Positions 14,833-29,492 of a stretch of DNA of 64,000 nucleotides are shown here, one piece after another; within the stretch, counting starts at the first letter, position 1; every line of letters starts with the position of its first letter. The stretch lies in the NCBI GenBank assembly GCA_964016885.1, contig OZ024762.1, positions 17,174,001-17,238,000 of the forward strand, in the 5' to 3' direction. The translations under genes and the position numbers were made by a program. This DNA is from Eledone cirrhosa. Lineage: Eukaryota. The notes beneath the pieces were generated by a model that saw only the letters and a list, made by a program, of their open reading frames with translations, made no database searches and was not told the origin of the DNA.

Positions 14833-15073
14833 TTATAGATATATATATATAGTGAGAGAGGGATGTATATATATATATATATATATATATACAGAGCAAA
14901 AATCACGAGCACTCTATCTCAAAATTATTTTTGAAAAGCATAAGAAATGCGCAACCGGTAAAAACTTAAAACTAAAACTGAATACTAACTAATACTTATT
15001 TCTAATTTATACTTATTCCTAATTAAACTATTTTTCAGTGGGAAAAATTTGTCTCCATTTTCTTTTCCTTTCT

Positions 15074-15142
<69 letters not shown>

Positions 15143-15262
15143 TATATATATATACACACATATATATATATATATATACATATATATACATATATATATA
15201 TATATATACATATATATACATATATATATATGAATATATATATACATGAATATATATATACA

Positions 15263-15341
<79 letters not shown>

Positions 15342-15372
15342 GAATATATATATACATGAATATATATATACA

Positions 15373-15462
<90 letters not shown>

Positions 15463-15591
15463 TATACATATATATATATGAATATATATATACATGAATA
15501 TATATATACATGAATATATATATACATGAATATATATATATATGTTATGGAATACTGTTAGCTTCTCGCTACAACAATTTCTATACTTTTC

Positions 15592-15658
<67 letters not shown>

Positions 15659-15679
15659 TATATATATATATATATATGA

Positions 15680-15718
<39 letters not shown>

Positions 15719-15814
15719 TATACACCTCATCACATCAGACTATATCAAGCCACACACAGAAGAGAGGAGAAAAAAGAGAAAGATACAATAAAAAAAAATA
15801 CCAAACGAAAGGGT

Positions 15815-16645
15815 GGTGTAGGTGTTGGTGGTGGTAGTGTTGGTAGTGTTGGTGGTGGTAGTGTTGGTGGTGTTAGTAGTGAGTGTTGGTCTTGGTGTTA
15901 GTAGTGTTGATGTTGGTGGTGTTGGTGTTGGTGTTAGTAGTGTTAGTAGTGTTGGTGGTGCTGGTAGTCTTGGTAGTATTGGTGTTAGTAGTGTTGGTAG
16001 TGTTGGTGTTAGTAGTGTTGGTAGTGTTGGTAGTGTTGGTAGTGTTAGTAGTGTTGGTAGTGTTAGTAGTGTTGGTAGTGTTGGTGTTAGTAGTGTTGGT
16101 AGTGCTAGTAGTGTTGGTAGTGTTAGTAGTGTTGGTAGTGTTAGTAGTGTTGGTAGTGTTGGTGTTAGTAGTGTTGGTAGTGCTAGTAGTGTTGGTAGTG
16201 CTAGTAGTGTTGGTAGTGTTAGTAGTGTTGGTAGTATTGGTGTTAGTAGTGTTGGTAGTGCTAGTAGTGTTGGTAGTGTTAGTAGTGTTGGTAGTGTTGG
16301 TGTTAGTAGTGTTGGTAGTGCTAGTAGTGTTGGTAGTGTTAGTACTGTTGGTAGTGTTGGTGTTAGTAGTGTTGGTAGTGCTAGTAGTGTTGGTAGTGTT
16401 AGTAGTGTTGGTAGTGTTGGTGTTAGTAGTGTTGGTAGTGTTGGTGTTAGTAGTGTTGGTAGTGTTGGTGTTAGTAGTGTTGGTAGTGCTAGTAGTGTTG
16501 GTAGTGTTAGTAGTGTTGGTAGTGTTAGTAGTGTTGGTAGTGTTGGTGTTAGTAGTGTTGGTAGTGCTAGTAGTGTTGGTAGTGTTGGTGTTAGTAGTGT
16601 TGGTAGTGCTAGTAGTGTTGGTAGTGTTGGTGCTGTTGGTAGTGT
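15815..16645 (+). repeat. GGT/AGT/GTT triplet-based low-complexity array
   Basis: 9-15-bp sub-units, locally a 60-bp period (16201-16440). Confidence 0.9.
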
Positions 16646-16904
16646 GGCACTATTTTGGTACCTCCGCGGTAGCATTTATCTCACTACGTAGATTGTGAAA
16701 CCCTTTACCAGGGAAGGTTATACATACGGGGATGTATGTGATAAGTGAAACAAAAGACTATGTATGAATACAAGAAAGCATATGTAAAACGACTGAGCAA
16801 CAAGACTCTTTCCAAAAGAAAGGTACTATTTCTCCATCATGTAAGAAGCTTACCACAAGTACTAGAAGTTCGGCCTGGGCGGCGCATATCACTCGCTTCC
16901 GCAA

Positions 16905-17585
16905 TATGATAATGTTGGTTCCTGATTTAGGAACAAGATCAGCAATTTGGGGGCAAAGGTGTGATCGGGTGTAGTAGATTAAATCGACCCCTAGTTTGTT
17001 ACTGGTACTTTATTTTATAGGGCCCCCGTAAGGACGAAAGGCAAAGCTAACCGCGATGGGATTTCAACTCAGACCGTAAAGGGCCGTAACTCTATGCTGA
17101 AAAGATGTTGACCGACGCTGTTCAGATTGCAGCCAATAATAATAATTATTTCTACTTTAGGCACAAGGCCAGCAATTATCCCAGTGCATTACTGGTACTT
17201 TATTTTATCGACCCCGTAAGGATGAAAGGCAAAGTCAACCTCGGCGGGATTTGAACTCAGACCATAAAGGGCCGTAACTCTATGCTGCAAAGCATGGCGT
17301 CCGACCCTCTACCGATACTGCCAATACACCGCCCTTAACCACCGCCAATAATAATAATAATAATAATTGTTTCTACTTTAGGCACAAGGCCAGCAATTTT
17401 GGAGGAGGGCAAAGTCGATTAAATCGACCCCAGTGCGTTACTGGTACTTTATGTTATCGACCCCGTAAGGATGAAAGGCAAAGCTAACTTCAGAGAGATT
17501 TGAACTCATAACGTAAAGGGCCGTAACTCTGTGCCGCAAAGCCTAGTGTCCGACGCTCTACCATTACTGCCAATCCTTCCGCAAT
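16905..17585 (-). mobile_element. Tandem trimer of the same SINE
   Basis: Three head-to-tail copies with the same boxes. Further copies at 19355-19660, 21350-21560, 38625-38920 (-) and 37900-37960, 50385-50510 (+). Confidence 0.85.
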
Positions 17586-17644
17586 ATGATAATACACGTG
17601 GCTCCCTCTGGAACCAATACAAACGCTACTTTCTTAACATCGTT

Positions 17645-17912
17645 TGATGATGATGATGATGATGATGATGGTGGCGGAGGTGGTGGTGATGGTGGTGGTG
17701 GTGGTGATGGTGATAATGGTGGTGGTGGTGATGGTGATGATGATGATGGTGATGATGATGGTGATAATAATGATGATGGTGATGGTGGTGGTGGTGGTGA
17801 TGATGATGATGGTGATGGTGGTGGAGGTGATGGTGGTGGAGGTGATGGTGATGGTGGTGGTGGTGGTGGTGGTGGTGATGAAAATAGTGGTGATGGTGAT
17901 GATGATGATGGC
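17645..17912 (+). repeat. (GAT/GGT)n compound trinucleotide repeat
   Basis: Directly visible. Similar tracts at 40415-40595, 40700-40820 and 30237-30335. Confidence 0.9.
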
Positions 17913-17974
17913 AATAATTTCCTGCTCAAAGGAATGAAACATTGAAATAACACCAAAAAGAACAAGAAATCCCA

Positions 17975-18440
17975 AAATTGCCTCAACTAGGAAGACACAA
18001 AGATTGCTTCACTGACAAGACACAAAGATTGCTTCAACTGACAAGATACAAAATTGCTTTAACTGAAACCAAGATTGCTTCAGCTGAGAAGACACTAAGA
18101 TTGCCTCAACTGACAAGACACAAATATTGCTTCACTGACAAGACACAAATATTGCCTCAACTGACAAGATACAAAATTGCTTTAACTGAAACCAAGATTG
18201 CTTCAGCTGAGAAGACACTAAGATTGCCTCAACTGACAAGACACAAAGATTGCTTCACTGACAAGACACAAATATTGCCTCAACTGACAAGATACAAAAA
18301 TTGATTTAACTGATATCAAAATTGCTTCAACTGACAATACACCAAGATTGCCTCAGCTAAGAAGACATCAAGATTGCTTCAACTAAGAAAACACCAAAAT
18401 TGACTCAACTGATAAGACACTAAGATTGCCTCACAAAGAT
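17975..18440 (+). repeat. 21-26-bp minisatellite with a 123-bp higher-order unit
   Basis: Monomer ATTGCYTCAACTGACAAGACACAAAG. The five-monomer block recurs at 18003, 18126 and 18249. Confidence 0.9.
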
Positions 18441-18521
18441 TGTCCGAGAGATAAAGTTCCAATATTATTTCCCTCTCCACACCTTCCCCAACAAAAGATT
18501 TGGTTAAAAAACCAAGATTAT

Positions 18522-19352
18522 TTGTTGTGAGGTAGAATATATTATGTTGTGAGGTAGAAGATATTATGTTGCGAAGTAGAAGACATATTGTTGTGAGGTA
18601 GAATATATTATGTTGTGAGGTAGAAGATATGTTGTGAGGTAGAAGATATTATGTTGTGAGGTAGAAGACATTGTTGTGAGGTAGAATATATTATGTTGTG
18701 AGGTAGAAGACATATTGTTGTGAGGTAGAATATATTATGTTGTGAGGTAGAAGACATATTGTTGTGAGGTAGAAGATATTATGTTGCGAAGTAGAAGACA
18801 TATTGTTGTGAGGTAGAATATATTATGTTGTGAGGTAGAAGACATATTGTTGTGAGGTAGAATATATTATGTTGTGAGGTAGAAGACATTGTTGTGAGGT
18901 AGAATATATTATGTTGTGAGGTAGAAGACATATTGTTGTGAGGTAGAAGAATTTTTTTGTGAGGTAGAAGATATTATGTTGTGAGGTAGAAGACATATTG
19001 TTTTTGAGGTAGAATATATTATGTTGTGAGGTAGAAGACATATTGTTGTGAGGTAGAATATATTATGTTGTGAGGTAGAAGACATTGTTGTGAGGTAGAA
19101 TATATTATGTTGTGAGGTAGAAGACATATTGTTGTGAGGTAGAAGATATTATGTTGCGAAGTAGAAGACATATTGTTGTGAGGTAGAATATATTATGTTG
19201 TGAGGTAGAAGACATATTGTTGTGAGGTAGAATATATTATGTTGTGAGGTAGAAGACATTGTTGTGAGGTAGAATATATTATGTTGTGAGGTAGAAGACA
19301 TATTGTTGTGAGGTAGAAGATATTTTGTTGTGAGGTAGAAGATATTTTGTTG
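18522..19352 (+). repeat. ~22-bp minisatellite, ~37 units
   Basis: Unit TGTTGTGAGGTAGAA(G/T)A(C/T)AT(T)A(T). Stray units at 19860-19892. Confidence 0.95.
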
Positions 19353-19888
19353 TAAGCTAACTTCGGCGGGATTTGAACTAAGAGCGTAAAGGGCAGTAAC
19401 TCTATGCCACAAAGGAAAGTGTCCGGCGCTCTATCGATTCTTTCAATCCTCCACACAAATTTGATAATAATTGTTTCTACTTTAGACAAAGTCGATTAAA
19501 TCGACCGCAGTGCATTACTGGTACTTTATTTTCTCGACCCCAGAATGATCAAAGGCAAAGCTAACCTCGGCGGGATTTGAACTCAGAACGTAAAGGGCCA
19601 TAACTCTAGGCTGCGAAGCATGTTGTCAGACGCTCTACCAATTCTGCCAATCCACCGCTCTCTTAGATTTAATACTAATAAAACACGTTAGAGTGCAGGG
19701 GAGATAACTCTAGATAACAGATTATAGCCAGAAAAATGTCTAAATATCTAAACCTACTTCGCTTTGGCTTCTCGCATCGTAACCACACTGACCTTAATAA
19801 TGAGTGTTTCTACACACACACACACATACACACACACACACGAATATATATATATATACATAGGTAGAGGATATTTTGTTGTGAGGTA

Positions 19889-20018
<130 letters not shown>

Positions 20019-20524
20019 TGGCTGCCAACTCGTTTTCGAGTACGGCCACTACTTTATATCCATGTAGGAGAACCCCTACCAATGCGCTGAACGAGTGTGA
20101 CTTTTTAGTCCAGCCAGCGACTTGAAAACCCTGGTACAAACACTACACTTGTGACAATTATTGACACATAGTGCTGGGCCCATGGTACCATGTGACGACA
20201 AGTGCAGAGAGATCTCCAGATATAAAGCAATGCCTGTGCCGTGAAGCTTTTATAGTGAGCAAAGGCACTGCACAAAGCCAGTCCCACTCTCTTAACCAAG
20301 ATGATATTTACCAAAAAGAAGAACAAGTCAACATCATTGGATACCATCAGGGTTGCAGGTGTTATATCAGAGTTTTCCTTCTCCTAGAATTCTGCCTTGA
20401 CAAAGGCTAAGGGGTCATCTCTCCCAGTGATTTTGGATGGCCATTGACTCTTAAGAGCTCCTTTGCCCTTTGACAGGTTTTGTTTTTAGTCCTGCAGGAT
20501 GTCCAAAGTCACATGTTTATATGT

Positions 20525-20563
<39 letters not shown>

Positions 20564-20762
20564 ACAAAGGGGGTGTAGTAAGATACCAGGTGGACCATAA
20601 CGTATAAGAGTACTCAATACTGAGGTTAGTACCCCCCCCCCCCTGTACCACTTGACAAGTTCAGCTAGATTCCCACCGTTCTAATACTGGTCGGTTAGTT
20701 CGGATCTGGCTATCGAAACGGTCGGAGCTCAGCCGTCGGGGTCGGGGTCCTGACTCTTTTCC

Positions 20763-20905
<143 letters not shown>

Positions 20906-21027
20906 AAAGGGTAAACAGAAATAACAACACAATCGGTACAGTATATGGAAGAGATATATTAATTTAACGCTTGAAATAGCGGGAAGAGGGTCTTAACGTT
21001 TCGGACGCTAGTCCCTCAGCAGAAGAA

Positions 21028-21115
<88 letters not shown>

Positions 21116-21595
21116 TATATACAAATTTGAAAAAAATGTCCGGCGTAGCTAAGACCATATAAAATAAAGGGTTTAAAAAAAATGTGGGTAAAAGCAACGG
21201 AAAATGGACTAGATAGAGGACAGTCCCATCTCATCAGTCGACTTATGTATCTACTATATGTTGAAGATAGATTTAGAAGCTATCACTGTATATTGACTAC
21301 AGTAAATAGTCTAATATTATGAACCCCCATAACAAAATATTGATGTCTGTTATAGACACAAGGCCAGCAATTTTTGGGGGGAGAGAGGAGGAAAGTCGTT
21401 TAAATAGACCCTTAGTTCATTACTGGTACTTTATTTTATAGACCCCCCCGTAAGGATGCAAGGTAAAGTTAACCTCGGCGGGATTCGAACTCTCAGAACG
21501 TAAAGCGCCATAACTCTATGCCACAAAGCATGGTGTCCGACGCTCTACCGATTCTGCCACCCCTTAACAAATTGTTCTGCAATCCACAGCCCTCA

Positions 21596-21643
<48 letters not shown>

Positions 21644-21717
21644 TGTCAGCGAATAAAAATTGATTGATGTTATAAGCGCCCTTTGTTTTCTCTTACTATA
21701 TATATATATATATATAT

Positions 21718-21927
21718 ATTGATTTATTGATATTTTAGCTGAGTGACCCGAATCTTCCTGATCGTAATTTTTCGGTCGTATGGTTGATTTTAGACATAAT
21801 CTATGTGTGTTGGTATTTTAACGATAGTTATAGCTCTGATTTATCTGAATTATTGAGCCCTCTGCCACTCATGTCGAATTTTGTTTATCGTGAACTCGTG
21901 CGCCGATTTTTCGATACTCGATTATTC

Positions 21928-21930
<3 letters not shown>
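21718..21930. repeat. Dispersed ~210-bp TA-flanked repeat
   Basis: Reverse-complement copy with the same ends at 41912-42132. Confidence 0.7.
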
Positions 21931-21983
<53 letters not shown>

Positions 21984-22558
21984 CGATACGATACAGGCTA
22001 AGAACGAAAGACTTGCTGAAGAAGTAAATCATATGTTCTGTCGTCAAAAACCAGTATATTGCAGACTCCAGAATAGGAATTTGTCGATCTTGGATTTGCA
22101 GAAACTTAGCGCTGATGTATATATATAGAAACTAGCGCTGATATATATATATATATATATATATATGCTATATATGTAAGTTATATATTTTGCACTCAGC
22201 CACACCGCTCTGTCCGGGTCAATATAAAATATTTTCCTGGGTCCTGTATTTTCGTTGCTCTAGTGATGCGGCTGGACTGCCGAACGCTATATCTGATTTG
22301 CTAAGCTGTCTGAACGTATTGTTATTACTCTGGGGTCTTTCCTCATCTGAGTGCTCAAGCTACAGACCGATTATGCATATACGCTAGCTTGGCCGTATTC
22401 TAAAGCTTCGTCAATGCTGTACTAAAATTTATATATATATATATATAAAACTTAAAACCAAAACTGAATACTAACCAATACAATTACTAATTCTCACTTA
22501 TTCCTAATTAAACTATTTTTCACTGTGAACAATTTGTCAGCATTTTCTATTCCGTTTA

Positions 22559-22765
<207 letters not shown>

Positions 22766-22820
22766 ATATATATATATGTATATATATATGTATGTATATA
22801 TGTATATATATGTATATATG

Positions 22821-22910
<90 letters not shown>

Positions 22911-23006
22911 TATATATATATGTATATATCTATATATCTATATATATGTATATATATATGTCTATATATATGTATATATATATGTATATATATATGTATG
23001 TATATA

Positions 23007-23059
<53 letters not shown>

Positions 23060-23146
23060 GTATGTATATATATGTATATATATATGTATATATATATGTA
23101 TATATATATGTATATATATATGTATATATATATGTATATATATATG

Positions 23147-23261
<115 letters not shown>

Positions 23262-23454
23262 CAAGGAAACAGCAAACAGAGGTACAAAAGTCTTATTAGT
23301 TTCACGCTTTATATGGAAAAGAGGAAAGAAAGTTTGACGCGTCGGGTTTTTGCCCTTCTTCAGGAGTACAGAAACAGAGACAGGATCACTAAAGATACAG
23401 AAAATAAAAGGTAGTCACAAGTGACAAGTGGCTCAGTGACAGGGCCTTATTAGC

Positions 23455-23800
23455 CCCGAAAATATGACTGTGAAATTGGTAAATCAAGAGCTGTTGAAAA
23501 GAATTTCAAAGGTTTCGAAGCTCTATCTGTCTGTCAACAATGGTGGAACAATCGGAAGTTGTCAATTACCTGACAGAGTTCCTCAACTCCTTAGAACCAC
23601 CCGGAATGCCTCCACTTATCCTTTACGTGTTATTGAGGAATTTGGACCCAATCAAGGCTATGCAACGGCATTCGATTGGTTGTGAAAAATATGTGTCCCC
23701 ACGTGATCCAAGCCGCCATTTCAACACGATGTGGTAAGGGAGAGGATCTATTCGTTCCAAGAATTCCTCTTATCCCCACTCATGTCCCAACCGACCTCAA
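23455..23800 (+). pseudogene. Helitron PIF1 helicase relic
   Basis: EFLNSLEPPGMPP, LLRNLDP, (L)CNG and FVPRIPLIP across frameshifts. Confidence 0.8.
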
Positions 23801-24404
23801 TTTCCAGTGGGTCTTAATTTTGCCATGACCCCTTTTAATCCTGCTAGGGACTTGCCTGTAGCCAGCAATACCATGCATCGCCAAAAATGTCACATATCAA
23901 GCGATGCCTGTGCTTGAAACTTCTTTGAGTGAGGAAAGACTTTGCTTGGGGCCAACCCCACTCTCTGAACATCGAATGCATTTACCCAAACAGAAGAACT
24001 GGTCTACATCATTGGAAGCAAACGAGGTCGCATGTTTTAAATGAGAGTGACCTTCTCCTAGAGAGATGTCTTAATGAAGACTAGGGGGGGGGTCTCTCTC
24101 GCTCCACAAAATACTATACTGGATGGCCGTTGACACTCCTGAGTTCCTCTATCCTTTGACGGCTTTTCTTTTTCCACCAGCAGGGTGTCCAAAATCACCA
24201 AAACCACCCTACCCTCCTCATCAAACAAGCTTGATGGAGTCGCCGGTTTTAGTCGCCGACGACCCCCCCGGACCATACATACACAAGTTGTACTGGGTCA
24301 CATGTTACCACTAGCGCTGAAGAGCGAGCTGACATGGAATCGAAACAGAATCGCGATATATTGCTGTAGCTTTAGAAAATCGGGTAAAATATGCTGAGGG
24401 ATCC

Positions 24405-24455
<51 letters not shown>

Positions 24456-24565
24456 AGAACACACACACACATACACACACACACACAAAACAGATAGATA
24501 TATAGATAGATATATATACATATATATAATATAAGATCAAAAGATGGTTAAAGGAGTTCCATGTA

Positions 24566-24632
24566 TTTTATTATGCGCATTTCAAAAACAAACATCATCA
24601 TGCAATAATATTTGTGTTTTCATCAGATAAAA
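24566..24632 (-). ncRNA. Type I hammerhead ribozyme (paralog of 41718)
   Basis: ttttat-CTGATGA-stem II-GAAAT-gcgc-ATA-ataaaa. Element spans ~24530-24767. Confidence 0.8.
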
Positions 24633-25215
24633 CAGGAGAACATGATATGAAGGCTAAAAAACACTTGTGGATAGTGCAGTTTTAAATCAACATATCAATA
24701 TATGTATACTCCAGTCCTACAAACTGTAGAGTGCTTATTGTACTACAATAAAACTCACCTACTACATATATATATATAGAGAGATAGATAGAGAGATAGA
24801 GATAGAGAGAGTGAGATAGATAGATAGAGAGAGATAGAGAGAGAGAGAGGGGGGGGAGATAGAGATAGAGAGAGAGAGAGGGGGAAAGATAGAGATAGAG
24901 AGAGAGAGGGGACTAGAATTGGTGATTTCTCAGGAATGAAACAGTTTTAGTCCTGTAGAAGTCATTTCTATAATAAAATCAATATAGCTACACTCTACAA
25001 ATGTATTGAGTACCTTTTGTAACATTGGGATCCAACATTTCTACATCCGGACCCAACATATTATATACTAGAATTTTTTTCAACACACTGACGCATATGT
25101 TTATATGTGTATATGTGTGTATATGTGTGTGTGTGTATGTGTGTATATATGTGTATGTGTGTATATGTGTATATATATATGTGTGTGTGTGTATATGTGT
25201 ATATGTGTGTATATG

Positions 25216-25246
<31 letters not shown>

Positions 25247-26181
25247 ATATATGTGTATATGTGTATATGTGTGTATATGTGTGTGTGTATATGTGTGTAT
25301 ATATATGTGTGTGTGTGTGTGTGTGTATATGTATATGTGTGTATGTGTGTATATATATGTGTGTGTGTGTATATATATGTGTATATTTGTGTATGTGTGT
25401 ATATATGTGTGTGTGTGTGTATATATGTGTATATGTGTAAATGTGTGTGTATGTGCATATGCATACATTTGTACGTATGAGTATATAAATATAAAGGTGC
25501 ACACAGACACACTTACAAAAATACACACTCACAGACATACAGAAACACAAACACACACACACACACACACATACACTCACACACAGCGTAGCAAATGGAA
25601 CGCCAGCTGCTGTTTTGGTAATTTATTTTTCACCACCACCCCGCTTCCTTCCTCTTACACACACATACATTCCCAAAAGCACATACACGCATACATTTAC
25701 AGAAACACACACATACATACACTCACACACGGCGTAGCAAATGAAACGCGATCCGCCGTTTTACTATAGTTTTTTCACCATCTTCCTACCTTTTACACAC
25801 ACATACACACACACACACACACACACATTGTGTGACAGACGGAAGTCACTTGAATTTATATATATAGATATAAAGTGCATATAAAAAAACCTTATATTTT
25901 AAAAGTCTATATTTCTTAAACAAATCACCATATAACCTTGTGGTAACTTGTACAATATTTGTCAGAATATAAAGTTTTATTCTTTTTTTATAACTTTTAC
26001 AAATTCTGAGTTATATATTGAATATTTACATATTGAGTATTTGTAAAAATTGTAAGAAAATCAGGTGATTCTTTTTTATACACTCCGAACGTGTCTGAGT
26101 AGGTGTGAATGTGTGTCTGTGTGTGTGTGTGTGTGTGTGTATGTATGAAAAGGGTCAAGACCCCGACTGTTATATAAAACT

Positions 26182-26261
<80 letters not shown>

Positions 26262-26284
26262 TGTAATAAACAACATAAAATAAT

Positions 26285-26350
26285 TAATTCATTTACCAAT
26301 GGTTTCTTGAAGAACTTGACACATGTCTGTCTTCATTCATCAGAAAAAAT
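26285..26350 (-). ncRNA. Hammerhead-like motif
   Basis: CTGATGA-atgaaga...tcttcaa-GAAAC-cattg-GTA. Stem I is weak. Confidence 0.6.
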
Positions 26351-26382
26351 GTATTATATATATTAATATATATATATAACTG

Positions 26383-26432
<50 letters not shown>

Positions 26433-26516
26433 CTGTTATATATATATGTATATATATATAAAACTGTTATATATATTGTATATATATATATATAATAATA
26501 TATATATATATATACA

Positions 26517-26931
26517 CAATATATTAATAAATGGAAACTATATTTATAAAACCATAATTATTTTATTATATATATTTCAAGGGCAACCAAGGAAAATTTG
26601 GTGCGCTTTCATCAGATAAAATACAAAATATGTTTTATAAATGTTGACATACCCGTAGAAAAACAACCTTGACGGTTGAAGGTTCGCTGTCAAGGTTGTT
26701 TTTCTATAAATGTCAACATTTATAAAACATATTTTGTATTTTATCTGATGAAAACGCACCAAAATTGCCTTGGTTGCCCTTGAAATATATATAATAAAAT
26801 AATTATGGTTTTATAAATATAGTTTCCATTTATTAATATATTGAATATTTACTCCAGTAACCTGTTGAGTGCTCTAAACCAGTTATAAACATGTTAAGCT
26901 TGTTGAATCCCAACAAATTAAATATGACTTC

Positions 26932-26935
<4 letters not shown>
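26517..26935. mobile_element. PLE-derived palindrome with an HHR in each arm (family C)
   Basis: ~155-nt arms 26517-26843. HHR ttttat-CTGATGA-...-GAAAT-atat-ATA-ataaaa at 26739-26799 (+) and its mirror copy. The right arm extends into a tail. Relatives at 35800-35910, 51720-51960 (-) and 63505-63830. Confidence 0.8.
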
Positions 26936-26987
<52 letters not shown>

Positions 26988-27288
26988 ATAAATCGAAGTT
27001 GTACCTGCCGATACCAATCGAATCATTTGAGGCAGTCACAAAGCACTCAATGTATAAATTTCTCGACCAGATTCAACACAGAGTTTTGTAAGAGTAACAC
27101 AGTGAATATATCGATTAGAGGTCTGTAAACATAGCCTATAACTATAACACACACACACACACACATGTACACACACACACACATATATATATATATATGT
27201 ATACACAACACAACACGCTCACACACACACAACACACACACACGCACGCACACACATATATATATGTATACACATACACACACACGCT

Positions 27289-27321
<33 letters not shown>

Positions 27322-27636
27322 GTATACACAACACACACATTATATATATATATATATACACACACACACATGAGTAAAAAATGTTAACAAACCAGTTTCA
27401 AATGTAATGTCGGCAGCAAATATTTACAGTAAAATTCCATTAAACTCCATTTTGTATGTCTTTCTTTTCAAATTTTCACTGATTTTCGCTTGTTTTGACT
27501 CCCTTTTTCTCATTCATTTCTGTCCCCTTTCTCACTGTCTGTGTCCCTATTGTTTTTGTTTCTTAATAATAAGGGGTATTAGATACTTCTTTTAGTTAGT
27601 CGTGGCTGACTAGCTTTATGCGGGCGTTTTTATTGG

Positions 27637-27714
<78 letters not shown>

Positions 27715-27716
<2 letters not shown>

Positions 27717-27930
27717 AAGGCGGGTAAAATTCCCGAGATCCATGGACGAGTTCTCTCCAGCGGTCTCTGTCCCTCATTATCGCTGCCATATCCTGCATCT
27801 CCAACAGACCAATGTCTGTCCTTAGGGCATCAACATATGTTAACCTTGGTCTTCCTCTTCTAGTGTGTCCATGTAGGGGCTCCCAAAGGAGCACTGAGTG
27901 CAATGTCAACTCTGGATGTCGGTGAGCATA
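27715..27930 (-). pseudogene. 3' end of a second RTE-like LINE
   Basis: [22 protein letters not shown]...MRDRDRWR. The stop codon abuts (TA)n. A shorter copy with the same 3' end sits at 29496-29593. Confidence 0.8.
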
Positions 27931-28047
27931 AATACATATATACATATATATACATATATATATATATATATGTATATATATGTATATATGTATTTATGTA
28001 TGTGTATATGTATATATATATATATATGTATGTGTGTCATGTATATA

Positions 28048-28148
<101 letters not shown>

Positions 28149-28385
28149 TGATCATCATGGTTTAACGTCCATTTTACAGGCTAGCATGGGTTAGACAGGT
28201 TACCCATTATAGTATATATAAGTTAGTGTTGGATGGCAAAAACATGGACTTCTTTCCACCGAATGTTTCTTCATTATGTATCTTCTATTTTGCGTCGATT
28301 TTTGTAACCTTTTGGCCGTGGACATTAAAAACCTCTCAGCTTGTCACAGCTCTCCAGTTTTATACAGACGTTTCAATTCCTTAAA

Positions 28386-28460
<75 letters not shown>

Positions 28461-28463
28461 TAC

Positions 28464-28513
<50 letters not shown>

Positions 28514-28530
28514 CATATATATATATATAT

Positions 28531-28640
<110 letters not shown>

Positions 28641-28683
28641 TATTATATAATATATATAATATATATATTATATATATATATAT

Positions 28684-28745
<62 letters not shown>

Positions 28746-28746
<1 letters not shown>

Positions 28747-28944
28747 AAGGCGTGTGGCTGAGTGGTTAGAGAATTGGATTCGCAATCGTAAGGTTGTGAG
28801 TTCGATTCCTGAACCAGGTGATGCGTTATGTCCTTGAGCAAGACACTTTATTTCACGTTGCTCCTTCTACCTGGAGTTGCGACCGATAGATAGTATTAGC
28901 AATTGGAAAGACCAACGGAAACATTGTTCCCTCGGTCCGATTTG
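28746..28944 (+). mobile_element. tRNA(Arg)-like CORE-type SINE
   Basis: A box TGGCTGAGTGG, TCG anticodon-like loop, B box GAGTTCGATTCC, CORE-like CCTTGAGCAAGACACTT. Copy at 4872-5088 (-). Confidence 0.8.
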
Positions 28945-29110
28945 ATGAAAGTCGATCGTTCCTCATATATATATACTGTGGAAGTCACCTGATGAGATCG
29001 TCCCGTCTTGTATTATAAATGGATGATGGAGCTGGACCAAAAATTATGTATAGTGATTTCACGGAATTAAAATTTACAGCATATTTTCCTTCTGTTGCCT
29101 TCTGTTGTTG

Positions 29111-29151
<41 letters not shown>

Positions 29152-29294
29152 ATATATATATATATATATATATTATATTATATATATATATATAATATAT
29201 ATATTATATATATATAATATATATATATAATATATATATATAATATATATATATAATATATATCTTATTTATATATATATATAATATATATATT

Positions 29295-29337
<43 letters not shown>

Positions 29338-29451
29338 TATATATATATACATATATATATTATATCATATATATGTATATCTATGTATGTGTGTGCGTAT
29401 ATATATATGTCTGTGTGTGTATGTATATATATATATATGTGTGTGTGTGTA

Positions 29452-29492
<41 letters not shown>

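Noticed and set aside
15740-16698. Mucin- or antifreeze-like ORFs (LPTLL / GSVSSV repeats)
   Set aside because: Triplet low-complexity array open on both strands, with no splice or signal-peptide context.
18522-19352. CRISPR-like array or let-7 gene cluster
   Set aside because: No unique spacers or cas genes. The match to let-7 covers only the first 8 nt and there is no precursor hairpin.
28746-28820. Functional tRNA-Arg gene
   Set aside because: Imperfect cloverleaf running directly into a CORE-like domain, so a SINE head.
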